From contig JAQXGH010000031.1 in NCBI GenBank assembly GCA_029006195.1, positions 17,811 to 81,810 on the forward strand: a stretch of DNA of 64,000 nucleotides, written 5' to 3'. Below the pieces are notes generated by a model. The model searched no databases. It was not told the DNA's origin and saw only the letters and a list, made by a program, of their open reading frames with translations. Positions 1 through 10,190 of the stretch are shown in pieces (position 1 is the first letter of the stretch; each line of letters begins with the position of its first letter). Both the position numbers and the translations under genes were made by a program. This DNA comes from Bacillota bacterium (GTDB lineage Bacteria; Bacillota; Clostridia; Peptostreptococcales; Anaerovoracaceae).

Positions 1-1
1 A

Positions 2-1681
2 GGTAAATCCTATATAAGAGTAACCGATAACGGTTGCGGCATACCTGCAGATGAAGTTGAACTCGCTTTTAAAAGGCATGCAACAAGTAAAATCTCAGAT
101 GTATCCGATCTTGATTCAATTTATACTCTGGGCTTTAGAGGTGAAGCTCTGGCAAGCATTTGTGCAGTTGCCCGCGTTGAAGTAATGACTAAAACCGAAG
201 ATGCTAAAGCTGGTCGCAGAGTTATAGTTGAAGGTAGCAACATACTCGAGAATGCAGGTTTTGGATGCCCTGTGGGTACTACTATAACTGTTAGAGATTT
301 ATTCTATAATATCCCGGCAAGACTAAAATTCCTGGCATCTGATGCAGCTGAAGCCAGAAGGATCATCGACATGATCTCAAAGATAGCGCTTTCGTATCCT
401 GACATCAGATTCAAGATGATAAACGGAAACAAGCATGTGTTTACAACAACAGGTAAGGGGATAATTCTCAATAATATCGTTAACATTTACGGTGCAGATT
501 TAAGCAAAGACCTCATAGCTGTAGATAAAAAGACAGATAGATTCAGCATTAAAGGATTCGTATCTAACCCTGCATATTCACTGACATCAAGAATAAGGCA
601 GATTTTCTGTGTAAATGGCCGCGTTATTTCAAGCAGCATAATAGAAAGAGGTTTAGAAAAAGCCTATAAAGAACGACTGTTCCAAGGCAGATTTCCTGTA
701 GCCTTCCTGTTTATTTCACTTCCGCCAGAAGAAGTTGATGTAAATGTTCATCCTACAAAGAAGGAAATACGTTTTGACGACAATGCAGAGGTAGAAGATT
801 TCGTAGAATCAGCTGTTCGTGAGGCTTTAGCAAGAACAGAAGCTATTCCGTCAGCGAAAATAAGAGAAGAAAATATCCCGGTTTCTAAGAAACAAGAGCC
901 TCAGGTTGCTAAACCAATTGAAAAAACTAGGGTTTCAGAACCAAAATTTGAATATAAGCCAGAAAGAAAAAGCATACCGCAGGGTGAACAGGTTGACATA
1001 AAAAAATTATTATCTTACATACGTAAAGAAGAAGAAAAAAAGGTCGAACCTGTAAAACCTGAAGCAGAAATAAAACAGGAAATTAAAATTGCTCGTCCAT
1101 TTGAACCAGCATCACTAAATATTATAGGCTCAGTCTTTAACACATATATACTGGCATATGATGAGAACTGTTTCTATATGGTGGATCAGCACGCTGCTCA
1201 CGAAAGGGTATTCTATGAGAAGTTTAAGGCACAGTATGAAGCCATAGATAAAGTAGCTCAACAGCTTCTTATACCTCTAAATTTCAACGTTCCGTCCGAT
1301 GTAGTAACAATGGAAGACTCATGGCTTCCTAAGGTTATTCAGATGGGTTACAGCATTGAATATTTCGGTAACAATACTTATATGGTACGTGAAGTTCCGT
1401 CATTTATGACTCCTTATGAAGCAGAAAGTTTCCTAAGAACATTATTTACAGAATTCAAAGGCGGCAAGCTGCCGGATAACCAGAAACTTCTGGATAGAAT
1501 CATCATGAATTCATGTAAGGCTGCAATTAAAGGCGGAGATAATATTTCTTTAGATGAAATGAATGCTTTAATGATGCAGCTTTCGGCCTGCGAAAATCCC
1601 TTCTCATGTCCTCATGGCAGACCGGTATTCGTCAAAATGACACAATATGAAATTGAAAAAATGTTTAAGAGGGTTCAATGA
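2..1681 (+). CDS. mutL: DNA mismatch repair protein MutL (5' end outside window)
   Basis: Frame open from base 2 (GKSYIRVTDNGCGI...GFRGEALASI); DVNVHPTK motif; C-terminal endonuclease motifs DQHAAHER and CPHGRP. Confidence 0.97.
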   Translation, partial: GKSYIRVTDNGCGIPADEVELAFKRHATSKISDVSDLDSIYTLGFRGEALASICAVARVEVMTKTEDAKAGRRVIVEGSNILENAGFGCPVGTTITVRDLFYNIPARLKFLASDAAEARRIIDMISKIALSYPDIRFKMINGNKHVFTTTGKGIILNNIVNIYGADLSKDLIAVDKKTDRFSIKGFVSNPAYSLTSRIRQIFCVNGRVISSSIIERGLEKAYKERLFQGRFPVAFLFISLPPEEVDVNVHPTKKEIRFDDNAEVEDFVESAVREALARTEAIPSAKIREENIPVSKKQEPQVAKPIEKTRVSEPKFEYKPERKSIPQGEQVDIKKLLSYIRKEEEKKVEPVKPEAEIKQEIKIARPFEPASLNIIGSVFNTYILAYDENCFYMVDQHAAHERVFYEKFKAQYEAIDKVAQQLLIPLNFNVPSDVVTMEDSWLPKVIQMGYSIEYFGNNTYMVREVPSFMTPYEAESFLRTLFTEFKGGKLPDNQKLLDRIIMNSCKAAIKGGDNISLDEMNALMMQLSACENPFSCPHGRPVFVKMTQYEIEKMFKRVQ

Positions 1682-2613
1682 TAAATAAACCTAAAATTTT
1701 AGTTATTGCAGGTCCAACTGCGGTAGGAAAAACCAAATATGCAATTGAAATGGCAAGAAGATTTGACGGTGAAGTAGTTAATTGCGATTCTATGCAGATA
1801 TATAAATATATGGACATAGGAAGTGCTAAACCTACTGCCGAGGAACTCTCACTTGCTGTACATCACCTTGTGGATTTTGTTGATCCCAGAGAAGATTTCT
1901 CAGTTGCTGAGTATCAGAAACTGGCTAAGGAAGCCATTAGAGACATCATTAGCAGAGGTAAGCTTCCTGTAATTTCAGGTGGTACAGGACTTTATCTTAA
2001 TTCTCTACTCTATGAAATGGATTTTTCAAATGCTCCGAGAGACACAGCTTACAGAGATAGGCTCTGGAAAATAGCAGAAGAAAATGGAAGTAGCCATCTT
2101 CATAAAATGCTTATGGAAAAAGATCCTGAAATTGCAGTAACGATTCACGAAAACAACACTAAGAAAATAATAAGAGCTTTAGAAAGATTAAACGAAAGCG
2201 GTTCAATTAGAGCCTTTACGGAAGTAAACAAAGCAAACGAATATTACGATCCTATACTTGTAGGACTATCTAGAGATAGGGCTGAACTTTATGACCGTAT
2301 CAATGCCAGAGTAGACATTCTCATGGAAAAGGGGCTTATCGATGAAGTAAAGAAGCTTATGGATATGGGACTTACTTTTGATAGCATATCAATGAAAGGT
2401 ATAGGTTATAAAGAAATTATTTCATATCTTGAAGGCCAGGTAGACATTAGTGAAGCTACTGATAATATCAAAAAAAACAGTCGCCATTATGCTAAAAGAC
2501 AGTTAACCTGGTTTAGAAGATATGATAAAATGTTTTGGCTAAATATATCGGATTATGAAAGTGATAATGATGCATTGGAGGCGCTTACAAAATGGCTTCA
2601 GATAAGGTTGTAA
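1678..2613 (+). CDS. miaA: tRNA dimethylallyltransferase
   Basis: GPTAVGKT P-loop, DSMQIY, GGTGLY, YAKRQLTWF; usual position after mutL. Confidence 0.97.
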   Translation: MINKPKILVIAGPTAVGKTKYAIEMARRFDGEVVNCDSMQIYKYMDIGSAKPTAEELSLAVHHLVDFVDPREDFSVAEYQKLAKEAIRDIISRGKLPVISGGTGLYLNSLLYEMDFSNAPRDTAYRDRLWKIAEENGSSHLHKMLMEKDPEIAVTIHENNTKKIIRALERLNESGSIRAFTEVNKANEYYDPILVGLSRDRAELYDRINARVDILMEKGLIDEVKKLMDMGLTFDSISMKGIGYKEIISYLEGQVDISEATDNIKKNSRHYAKRQLTWFRRYDKMFWLNISDYESDNDALEALTKWLQIRL

Positions 2614-3725
2614 AACTGCATAACAGAAGCGATAAGCCTGATAACGTAGTTCTTAATGAATACGAAATCGTCAGCAAATGCGAAGATATACAGTCGCAAT
2701 TGCCTTCTTTTCTTAGAAGTTTTTACGTATATCTTAAGGGCAACGTGCTCCCGAGAACCAGACTTTCATATTTGTCTGACATCAGATTCTTTTGCCAGTA
2801 TCTGATCGATCAGACTGATCTTACAAGTGCTAAATCCACTAAAGAGATCAAATTATCTGATTTTCAGCAAATACAGGCAGTAGATGTTAATATTTTTATT
2901 GACTACTGCAGGAAATATACTGTTGAGAAAGATAACGAAGTTGTTGTCTATGAAAACGGTAATAAAACATTAGCAAGAAAGAAATCATCGATTTCAGTTA
3001 TGTTTAAGCAGCTTTATAGAGACGGACTTCTAAACAAGAATATAACTGATGGATTCGATCCCATTAAGGTACCTAAAGCAGGTGAGAGAGAAATCAAGGC
3101 CCTCCAGGATGACGAGGTAATGATAATGCTTGATGCGGTAACAACCGGATCTCATCTTACTGAGAAGGAACGTCAATACTGGGAAAAGACAAAGAAGAGA
3201 GATAAGGCCATATTGATACTATTCCTGACATATGGACTTAGACTCTTTGAACTCCAGCAGCTGAACATATCATCATTTAACTTCAGCCGAGGAGAATTCA
3301 AAATCTACAGAAAAAGAGATAAAGAGGCAATAATGCCACTCAATGAATCGGTTACTATGGTTGTACTTGATTACATTGAGAACGAGCGTGCGGCTGTTGA
3401 CAGTCTGGCAGATGAATATAAGGATGCTTTATTCCTGTCGCTTCAAGGCAGACGCATGACAGAAAGACAGATTAGAGAATTAGTAAAAAAATACACTTCC
3501 ATAGGCATGTCAACGTCAAGAAAGGGAGGATATAGTCCTCATAAACTAAGGGCAACGGCAGCGACAAGCCTTATCGGAAGGGGCAATTCAATATTTGATG
3601 TCCAGGCTTTGCTTGACCACGAACAAGTGACTACTACACAATTATATGCGAGCCACAAAATGAATGTTAAACGTGATTTAGTAAAAGGTATGGAATGGGA
3701 ACTAGAACGAAAGGACTCAGAATAA
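2592..3725 (+). CDS. XerC/D-like tyrosine recombinase (chromosomal type)
   Basis: Catalytic R-HxxR-H-Y set: GLRLFEL, HKLRAT, LLDH, TTQLY; embedded in the mutL-miaA operon. Confidence 0.88.
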   Translation: MASDKVVKLHNRSDKPDNVVLNEYEIVSKCEDIQSQLPSFLRSFYVYLKGNVLPRTRLSYLSDIRFFCQYLIDQTDLTSAKSTKEIKLSDFQQIQAVDVNIFIDYCRKYTVEKDNEVVVYENGNKTLARKKSSISVMFKQLYRDGLLNKNITDGFDPIKVPKAGEREIKALQDDEVMIMLDAVTTGSHLTEKERQYWEKTKKRDKAILILFLTYGLRLFELQQLNISSFNFSRGEFKIYRKRDKEAIMPLNESVTMVVLDYIENERAAVDSLADEYKDALFLSLQGRRMTERQIRELVKKYTSIGMSTSRKGGYSPHKLRATAATSLIGRGNSIFDVQALLDHEQVTTTQLYASHKMNVKRDLVKGMEWELERKDSE

Positions 3726-3729
3726 TATC

Positions 3730-5310
3730 ATGAAAAAGATTTCATTCTTATATCTTTTGACAGCTGGCATACTGGCTGGAACTGCGCTCGCTCCAGCAAA
3801 TGTTAATGCTGTCAATAATTATAGCTACAATGAAAGCGGCTATTATGATGAATATGGTAATTATATTGAACCAGTAGTATACGATGAAACAGCTAAAGAC
3901 ACTTCCTGGTTTGATTATGAACATCCTAAAAAAGTATATAAAATTGGAACAGAAGGAGAGCTCATAGGTTTTGCCAGTCTGGTAAATGAACAGCAAACAG
4001 ACAGATGGAAACCATCATACTTCGAAACATTCGAAGGTGTAACAATTGAATTAACCGATGACATTGAACTGACAAAACCATGGAAGCCTATAGGTCCGGA
4101 TAAGGACGTATGTTTCAAGGGCATATTTGATGGTAAAGGTCATTCAATTTCGGGTATAAAAGTAGATACTAATGCTGCCACAGTAGGTTTATTTGGCTAT
4201 CTTGACGGTACTGTTAAGAACCTTAACCTTTCTGGTGCTGTTTTTAGCGGCAACAAGGAATGCGGTGCTGTATGCGGCATCCTTACAGAAAATGGTAGAA
4301 TTTCAAATATTATTTCTAACGTTGCTGTAAGCGGAAAGACAAAGACAGGTGGTATCTGCGGTTTTAATGCTAATGGCGTTATCACAAACTGTGTTAACTA
4401 TGCTGATGTTGTAGGTACTACTAAAGTAGGCGGCGTTGTTGGTGAAAACTGGGGTAAGATCAAGAAGTCAGGAAATAGAGGAACAGTATATTCAACTATG
4501 TCTGGCGCACTTACTTTCGGAACAGGCGGTGTTGCCGGTAGATCAGTTTCATCTTCATCGATGATTTTATCATGTTATAACACAGGAAATGTTGTTTCAA
4601 CTACAACTGGAACAGGTGGCGTTGTCGGATACACTAACGGATCCGGAGCTAAAATCTACTGTTCTTACAACACTGGAGATGTAACTGTTAAGAAGGATAA
4701 GCACATAGTATCATCTTCCTCAGACAACTATTCTGGAGGAGTTGTTGGAGTTGCCGGTACTTATGGTGTATCCGTTAAACGTTGCTATAATGCTGGTGAA
4801 ATCTCCACTAAGCACAGTACTTCAGGCGGTATAATAGGCCTTTATGACAACGATGCTGCACCTGGCAGAGATGAGAACATCTCAGGAAACTACTATCTCA
4901 ATTCAGGTCTTCGCGGACTTGGATCTGATGGCAGTGGAGTATCAAGAGACTTAAACGATGGAACAACTGCCATTTCTTCAGGTACACTCATAAACTCAGC
5001 AGCAGCGCTGGGTTCACAGTATGTAAATGACCTTGGAGGAACTAAGGGCAGTAAGGGATATCCTGTTTTATCATGGCAGGAAGATATAGAGGATTATGTT
5101 AAACCTTTTGTTAAATCAGTTCCTGTAGATGTACAGAAGAAGCTGAACAAATTAGCAGCCAAAGATAATGATAAGAAATTCGGAGAACCAATATTAATGT
5201 TCTTTGATTATAATATCTTCACTTCTCATGTATTAGCTTATTACAATGACCATAAAATGAGTCCTGAAAAGCTTGAGAAGTACAAAGAAAAAAAGTTAAA
5301 TAACAAGTAA
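3730..5310 (+). CDS. Secreted GLUG-motif / beta-solenoid repeat protein
   Basis: Signal peptide (MKK, hydrophobic core, AxA); F.G.FDG.GH.I motif; repeated GG(V/I)(V/A)G...CYN.G.V units. Confidence 0.7.
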   Translation: MKKISFLYLLTAGILAGTALAPANVNAVNNYSYNESGYYDEYGNYIEPVVYDETAKDTSWFDYEHPKKVYKIGTEGELIGFASLVNEQQTDRWKPSYFETFEGVTIELTDDIELTKPWKPIGPDKDVCFKGIFDGKGHSISGIKVDTNAATVGLFGYLDGTVKNLNLSGAVFSGNKECGAVCGILTENGRISNIISNVAVSGKTKTGGICGFNANGVITNCVNYADVVGTTKVGGVVGENWGKIKKSGNRGTVYSTMSGALTFGTGGVAGRSVSSSSMILSCYNTGNVVSTTTGTGGVVGYTNGSGAKIYCSYNTGDVTVKKDKHIVSSSSDNYSGGVVGVAGTYGVSVKRCYNAGEISTKHSTSGGIIGLYDNDAAPGRDENISGNYYLNSGLRGLGSDGSGVSRDLNDGTTAISSGTLINSAAALGSQYVNDLGGTKGSKGYPVLSWQEDIEDYVKPFVKSVPVDVQKKLNKLAAKDNDKKFGEPILMFFDYNIFTSHVLAYYNDHKMSPEKLEKYKEKKLNNK

Positions 5311-5324
5311 CCATTGGAGGAAAA

Positions 5325-6623
5325 ATGCAGAAGAACACATTCGAACTTTTAAGAGATTCTTTCGGAATCTCAGAAAAAATTCTCAACCTTATCGACGAAA
5401 GTGAAAAGGATGTATCACAGCACTTTGACGAGCTGGACGACATCATGGCTTACAATCAGTACAAGGTGCTTTCAGCATTCCAGAAGAACGGTATCTGTGA
5501 CAGACATTTCGCATGGAACACTGGATACGGTTATGATGATGCAGGAAGAGATGCTGTGGAGAGAGTATACTCAGATATCTTCAATACAGAAGCAGCTCTG
5601 GTTAGACCTATCATCGTAAACGGAACACACGCACTGACTCTGACTCTCACAGGTATCTTAAGACCTGGAGATGAACTCATCTACTGCACAGGCGCTCCAT
5701 ATGATACTCTGGAAGAAGTAATCGGAATCAGAGGAAGAGGCGACGGTAAGGGTTCATTAAAGGAATATGGCGTTACTTACAGTCAGGTAGAACTCACAGA
5801 AGACGGTAGAATCGACTTCGAAACTCTGAAGAATACAATTAAGCCAAACACAAAGATGATCACACTCCAGAGAGCAACAGGCTATGGCTGGAGAAAGGCC
5901 ATCACAATCGAAGAAATCGAAGAATGGACAAAGTTCGTTAAGGGTATCAACCCTAATATCATTTGTATGGTAGATAACTGCTACGGAGAATTCCTCCACG
6001 TTAAGGAACCAACTGACGTAGGTGTTGATATCATGGCAGGTTCACTTATCAAGAATCCAGGTGGCGGTTTAGCGCTGACCGGTGGATACGTTGTTGGCAG
6101 ACAGGACCTTGTTGACCTCATTTCATATAGAATGACTTCACCTGGCATCGGTGGTGAATGCGGCCTCACATTTGGCCAGACTAGAACAATGCTTCAGGGT
6201 CTCTTTATGGCTCCAAAGGTAGTTAACGGTGCTGTTAAGGGTGCAGTACTCTGCGCTAAGGCATATGAAAACCTTGGCTATGAATGTTGTCCAAAGGCTA
6301 CAGACACAAGAAGTGACATCATTGAAGCTGTTAAGCTGGGATCACCAGAAGCTGTCATCGCATTCTGTAAGGGTATCCAGGCCGCTGCTCCAATCGATTC
6401 ACATGTTTCACCTGAACCTTGGGCTATGCCAGGTTACGAAGATCCTGTTATTATGGCAGCAGGCGCTTTCGTTCAGGGTTCATCAATTGAACTTTCAGCT
6501 GATGCACCTATCAGAGAGCCTTATATCGTATACTTCCAGGGTGGACTTACTTACGAACACTCCAAGTTTGGCGTAATCAAATCATTACAGCAGCTGGTAG
6601 ACAGCAATATTATCAATTTATAA
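5325..6623 (+). CDS. PLP-dependent methionine gamma-lyase family protein (YnbB/aluminium-resistance type)
   Basis: GYGYDD.GRD, DNCYGEF, GSLIKNPGGG, GAFVQGSSIELSAD motifs. Confidence 0.9.
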   Translation: MQKNTFELLRDSFGISEKILNLIDESEKDVSQHFDELDDIMAYNQYKVLSAFQKNGICDRHFAWNTGYGYDDAGRDAVERVYSDIFNTEAALVRPIIVNGTHALTLTLTGILRPGDELIYCTGAPYDTLEEVIGIRGRGDGKGSLKEYGVTYSQVELTEDGRIDFETLKNTIKPNTKMITLQRATGYGWRKAITIEEIEEWTKFVKGINPNIICMVDNCYGEFLHVKEPTDVGVDIMAGSLIKNPGGGLALTGGYVVGRQDLVDLISYRMTSPGIGGECGLTFGQTRTMLQGLFMAPKVVNGAVKGAVLCAKAYENLGYECCPKATDTRSDIIEAVKLGSPEAVIAFCKGIQAAAPIDSHVSPEPWAMPGYEDPVIMAAGAFVQGSSIELSADAPIREPYIVYFQGGLTYEHSKFGVIKSLQQLVDSNIINL

Positions 6624-7349
6624 ATGGAAGACAGAAATAAAATAAAAAAAATATCAGCGGCAGTTAAATTACTGCTGCTGTTTATTATTCTTATTGGGTT
6701 ACCTCTCTACATATACTTTTGCCATCACGATATCATAGATAAATTCTCTGACATTACATATTGTGAACAGCTTTTATCAGAGTATAAAACTCAGAGCATT
6801 CCGATTTATTTAGGCATACAGGTTTTGCAAATCGTAATTTGCATACTGCCTGGACAAGCCATTCAGCTTGCAGGTGGTTATATGTATGGCTTTTGGTTAG
6901 GATACCTTCTGTCCATAGCAGGTACCTTCGTGGGAACAGTTTTGACATATTATATTGCCGAGATTCTTGGTCATAATGCGATGGCAGTTCTATTCGGTCA
7001 GGATAAGATGGACTCCTTTGCCGATAAGCTTAAGGGAAAGAAGGGTATAGCTACAATGATTATTCTGTTCATTATCCCTGGTTTTCCTAAAGATATCCTG
7101 ACATATGCAGCTGGTATTTCTGAGCTCAGTCTTAAATGGCTGCTTATAATATCACTTATATGCAGAACTCCAGCTATGATGGGAAGCCTTCTTATTGGAC
7201 ATCAGCTGGTTAAAGGCTATTATACAAGTGCTATTGTAATCGCAATCATAGCTGCTATTCTCTTTATTTTAGGCATTATTTTTAAGAATAAAGTTATGTA
7301 TCTCTTTGATAAAATTTATGATAAAACAATCGGCAAAGGTGATAATTAG
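6624..7349 (+). CDS. TVP38/TMEM64 (DedA/SNARE-associated) membrane protein
   Basis: Hydrophobic; LQIVICILPGQ, GGYMYG, FIIPGFPKD.L.Y.AG pattern. Confidence 0.85.
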   Translation: MEDRNKIKKISAAVKLLLLFIILIGLPLYIYFCHHDIIDKFSDITYCEQLLSEYKTQSIPIYLGIQVLQIVICILPGQAIQLAGGYMYGFWLGYLLSIAGTFVGTVLTYYIAEILGHNAMAVLFGQDKMDSFADKLKGKKGIATMIILFIIPGFPKDILTYAAGISELSLKWLLIISLICRTPAMMGSLLIGHQLVKGYYTSAIVIAIIAAILFILGIIFKNKVMYLFDKIYDKTIGKGDN

Positions 7350-8038
7350 TGAAGCGAGGATCATTTAATTTAGATAAAATTGAATATGAAGAACTCTCTC
7401 TGAAAGTCTTCTCTGAAATCTCAGGCATGAATAGAAATGGGGCAAAAGCAAGGAGAATAGAAGAGGGCGGCTTAGCCATGCGCCAGAAAGCCATAGAAGC
7501 GCTTGATATAAAGTCCCAGTATCTTTTTCTTGAAAAAGGGGAATTCGAATTAGTAGAAGACACCCTTGAACTTGGAAATTTAGAATTAAAGTGCCATGCT
7601 TTTAGCTTAATAGATTCAGAATCCATAGAAGGCGTTTATTTATATGTGGCTTCAGCAGGAAGCTTCATAAATACTGATGAAACTTCGCTAAAGCAGGTTT
7701 ACCTGGATTTATGGGGCACGGCATATGTTGATGCTCTAAGACACACCTTACGAAATAGAATCAGTAAATCAAACAAAATAAGCGAAAACTTCGGCCCAGG
7801 TTTTTATGGCATGAATGTAGGCAGCATATCAGTATTTAAGGAATTACTGAATTTTGACAATCTCGGCATTAGAATTAACAGCAGTAACGTTATGATCCCT
7901 CTTAAATCATGCTGCGGTCTATTCTTTGTCGTTAATGATAATTACAGCAGTGTAGGAGACGAATGTATGTACTGCATGAATGAAACTAAAAATTGCAAAC
8001 TCTGCAGCATACATAATGCGTTAAAAGAAAAGAAATGA
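7349..8038 (+). CDS. MetH reactivation-domain-like accessory protein
   Basis: FGPGFYGM...GIRIN...MIPLKSCCG with C-terminal CxxC...CxxC; first gene of corrinoid cluster; GTG start. Confidence 0.6.
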   Translation: MKRGSFNLDKIEYEELSLKVFSEISGMNRNGAKARRIEEGGLAMRQKAIEALDIKSQYLFLEKGEFELVEDTLELGNLELKCHAFSLIDSESIEGVYLYVASAGSFINTDETSLKQVYLDLWGTAYVDALRHTLRNRISKSNKISENFGPGFYGMNVGSISVFKELLNFDNLGIRINSSNVMIPLKSCCGLFFVVNDNYSSVGDECMYCMNETKNCKLCSIHNALKEKK

Positions 8039-9345
8039 TAAGGTGCATCGGAAACTGCAGTAAATGCGGTAAATGTAAAAATTACGCTCTCATGAGCAAT
8101 TCAAATAAAATAAAGGCCAGCTCATTGCAGATGCCATCTGATTTCGAAGCAGATACCAATTCAGAAGGCTATGGCATTGCCTTTGATATCGGTACAACAA
8201 CTGTTGTTGGCATGCTTTGGAATCTTAAAAGTGGTTCTCATATAGAGTCTATGGCTTTGGCAAACCCTCAGTCAAAGTACGGTGCTGATGTGATTTCCAG
8301 AATCACATACTGCGGCCGGGATGAAGAACATTTGGCAGAGCTTAGGCAATGCATATGCGGCTGCCTTAATGAGATAATTGCAAACTTTGTTAATAAACAC
8401 GGGTTTAACAATGATGATATTATGCGAATATGTGTTTGCGGCAATACCACTATGTCACATCTGTTTGCTGGATATCATGTAATGAGCCTGGCTCTTGCAC
8501 CTTTCACACCGGCTTATGAAGGGAAATTAACAATTAAAGGCAGTGAATCCTGGCTGAATATAAACGAAAACGCTGAAGTTTCTGTAATACCAAATATTGC
8601 GGGACACGTTGGCGGCGATATCGTATCAGGTCTGGTTTCTGTGAGACTGCTTGATAAAACCAAGCTGACCCTTTACATCGACATAGGAACTAACGGCGAG
8701 ATTGTTCTGGTAGATGGAGATAAAGCCTTCGCCTGCTCGACAGCTGCAGGCCCTGCATTTGAAGGTGCTGCTATCCAGTGCGGCATGAGAGCAGCAGATG
8801 GCGCCATTGAGAAGGTTCTCATTAGTGAAGGGAACGTGTATTTCAGAACTATAGGCGATTGTCAGCCTACAGGAATTTGTGGTTCAGGCATAATCGATGC
8901 TGCAGCGCAAATGCTACAAAACGGTATTATAAATTCCAAAGGCCGTATGACTGGTTCTAAAGAGCTTATACTTACTGATAATATAAAGATCACACAAAAG
9001 GATATTAGAGAAATACAGCTTGCCAAAGGTGCGATAAGCTCCGGAACAGAAATTCTGCTTAAAGAAGCTGGGCGAGAGGCATCAGAACTGGAAGAAATTA
9101 TTATTGCTGGAGCTTTCGGTTCATATATTGATATAGATAGTGCAATAAAAATTGGTTTGCTCCCGGCAGTAAAAAAGGATATAATTGTTTGCGCAGGCAA
9201 TGCAGCCGGTAGCGGAGTTTCTATGGCTATGATGTCAGAAAGAGAAATGAATGCTGCAATAGGCATACCAAATATGGTTAAACACGTTGAACTGGCTGAT
9301 AGAGATGATTTCATGGATATCTATATGAAATCCCTATTATTCTAG
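8035..9345 (+). CDS. ATP-dependent corrinoid reductive activator (ASKHA/RACE, DUF4445 family)
   Basis: DIGTTT, GADVISRI, DIGTNGEI, AAGPAFEG, GICGSG, IAGAFG motifs; N-terminal CxxxCxxCxxC. Confidence 0.9.
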   Translation: MIRCIGNCSKCGKCKNYALMSNSNKIKASSLQMPSDFEADTNSEGYGIAFDIGTTTVVGMLWNLKSGSHIESMALANPQSKYGADVISRITYCGRDEEHLAELRQCICGCLNEIIANFVNKHGFNNDDIMRICVCGNTTMSHLFAGYHVMSLALAPFTPAYEGKLTIKGSESWLNINENAEVSVIPNIAGHVGGDIVSGLVSVRLLDKTKLTLYIDIGTNGEIVLVDGDKAFACSTAAGPAFEGAAIQCGMRAADGAIEKVLISEGNVYFRTIGDCQPTGICGSGIIDAAAQMLQNGIINSKGRMTGSKELILTDNIKITQKDIREIQLAKGAISSGTEILLKEAGREASELEEIIIAGAFGSYIDIDSAIKIGLLPAVKKDIIVCAGNAAGSGVSMAMMSEREMNAAIGIPNMVKHVELADRDDFMDIYMKSLLF

Positions 9346-9359
9346 AGGAGGATATATAA

Positions 9360-10013
9360 ATGTGCGATGCTACTAAATACAATGAATTAGCAATTGAAGC
9401 AATTCTTGATGCAGATGAAGATGCAGCAATAGAAATTTTAGATAATGCTAAAGCAGAAGGAATCACTGCAGTTGATCTTCTGAAAGATGGATTTGGTAAA
9501 GGAATGGAAATTCTGGGTGATGACTTCGCAGAAGGAGAAGCTTTCCTCCCGGATCTTTTGATGGCTTCAGAAGTTATGAAGATCGTAACAGATAGAGTAG
9601 AAGAAGAAGCTAACGCTGGTAATGGAAATATCGAAAAAAAGGGTACTGTTGTTATCGGCACTGTTAAGGACGATGCTCACGACATCGGTAAGACTATCTG
9701 CGCTTCAATGCTCAAGGCATCTGGCTTTGATGTATGCGACTTAGGCAAGCAGGTTGAGCTTCAGGATTTCATCGATAAAGCAGTTGAATTAGACGCTGAT
9801 ATTATCGGCTCAAGCGCACTTCTGACAACTACTATGGAACATCAGGAAACTATCGAGAAAATGTTAACTGAAGCAGGCTATAAGGGTAAGATCAAGACTA
9901 TGGTTGGCGGAGCCCCTGTATCACAGGAATGGGCTGATAAAATCGGTGCTGATGGATATTCAAGCGATGCCATTTCTTGCTGCAGACTTGCAGAAAAGCT
10001 AATTGCAGAGTAA
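9360..10013 (+). CDS. Methyltransferase cognate corrinoid protein (MttC/MtqC-like)
   Basis: DxHDIGK cobalamin-binding motif, SALLTTT, VGGAP, IGADGY. Confidence 0.93.
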   Translation: MCDATKYNELAIEAILDADEDAAIEILDNAKAEGITAVDLLKDGFGKGMEILGDDFAEGEAFLPDLLMASEVMKIVTDRVEEEANAGNGNIEKKGTVVIGTVKDDAHDIGKTICASMLKASGFDVCDLGKQVELQDFIDKAVELDADIIGSSALLTTTMEHQETIEKMLTEAGYKGKIKTMVGGAPVSQEWADKIGADGYSSDAISCCRLAEKLIAE

Positions 10014-10097
10014 ATAACCCTGATTTAATAAAAAACACTTCTAAACTGTCACAAAAGTGGCAGTTTTTTGTTTACTATTTGATACAATGTGATAAAA

Positions 10098-10125
10098 TAT
10101 GACAGGTGACAAGACACCTGTCATA
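10098..10125. promoter_or_regulatory. Perfect 11-bp inverted repeat upstream of MttB-family gene (putative operator)
   Basis: TATGACAGGTG-acaaga-CACCTGTCATA; no U-tract follows. Confidence 0.45.
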
Positions 10126-10190
10126 ATTATTGTAAAGAACAGAAATTTCAAAGTCTTATAAACTTCGCAGCAATAATATCGGAGGTAAAA

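Noticed and set aside
2592..3725. Tyrosine recombinase as a prophage or ICE integrase
   Set aside because: Overlaps miaA within a housekeeping operon; no phage, conjugation or att-like features nearby; fits a chromosomal Xer-like gene.
3730..5310. GLUG-repeat surface protein as a second DGR target
   Set aside because: No similarity to the TR remnant seen at its 3' end.
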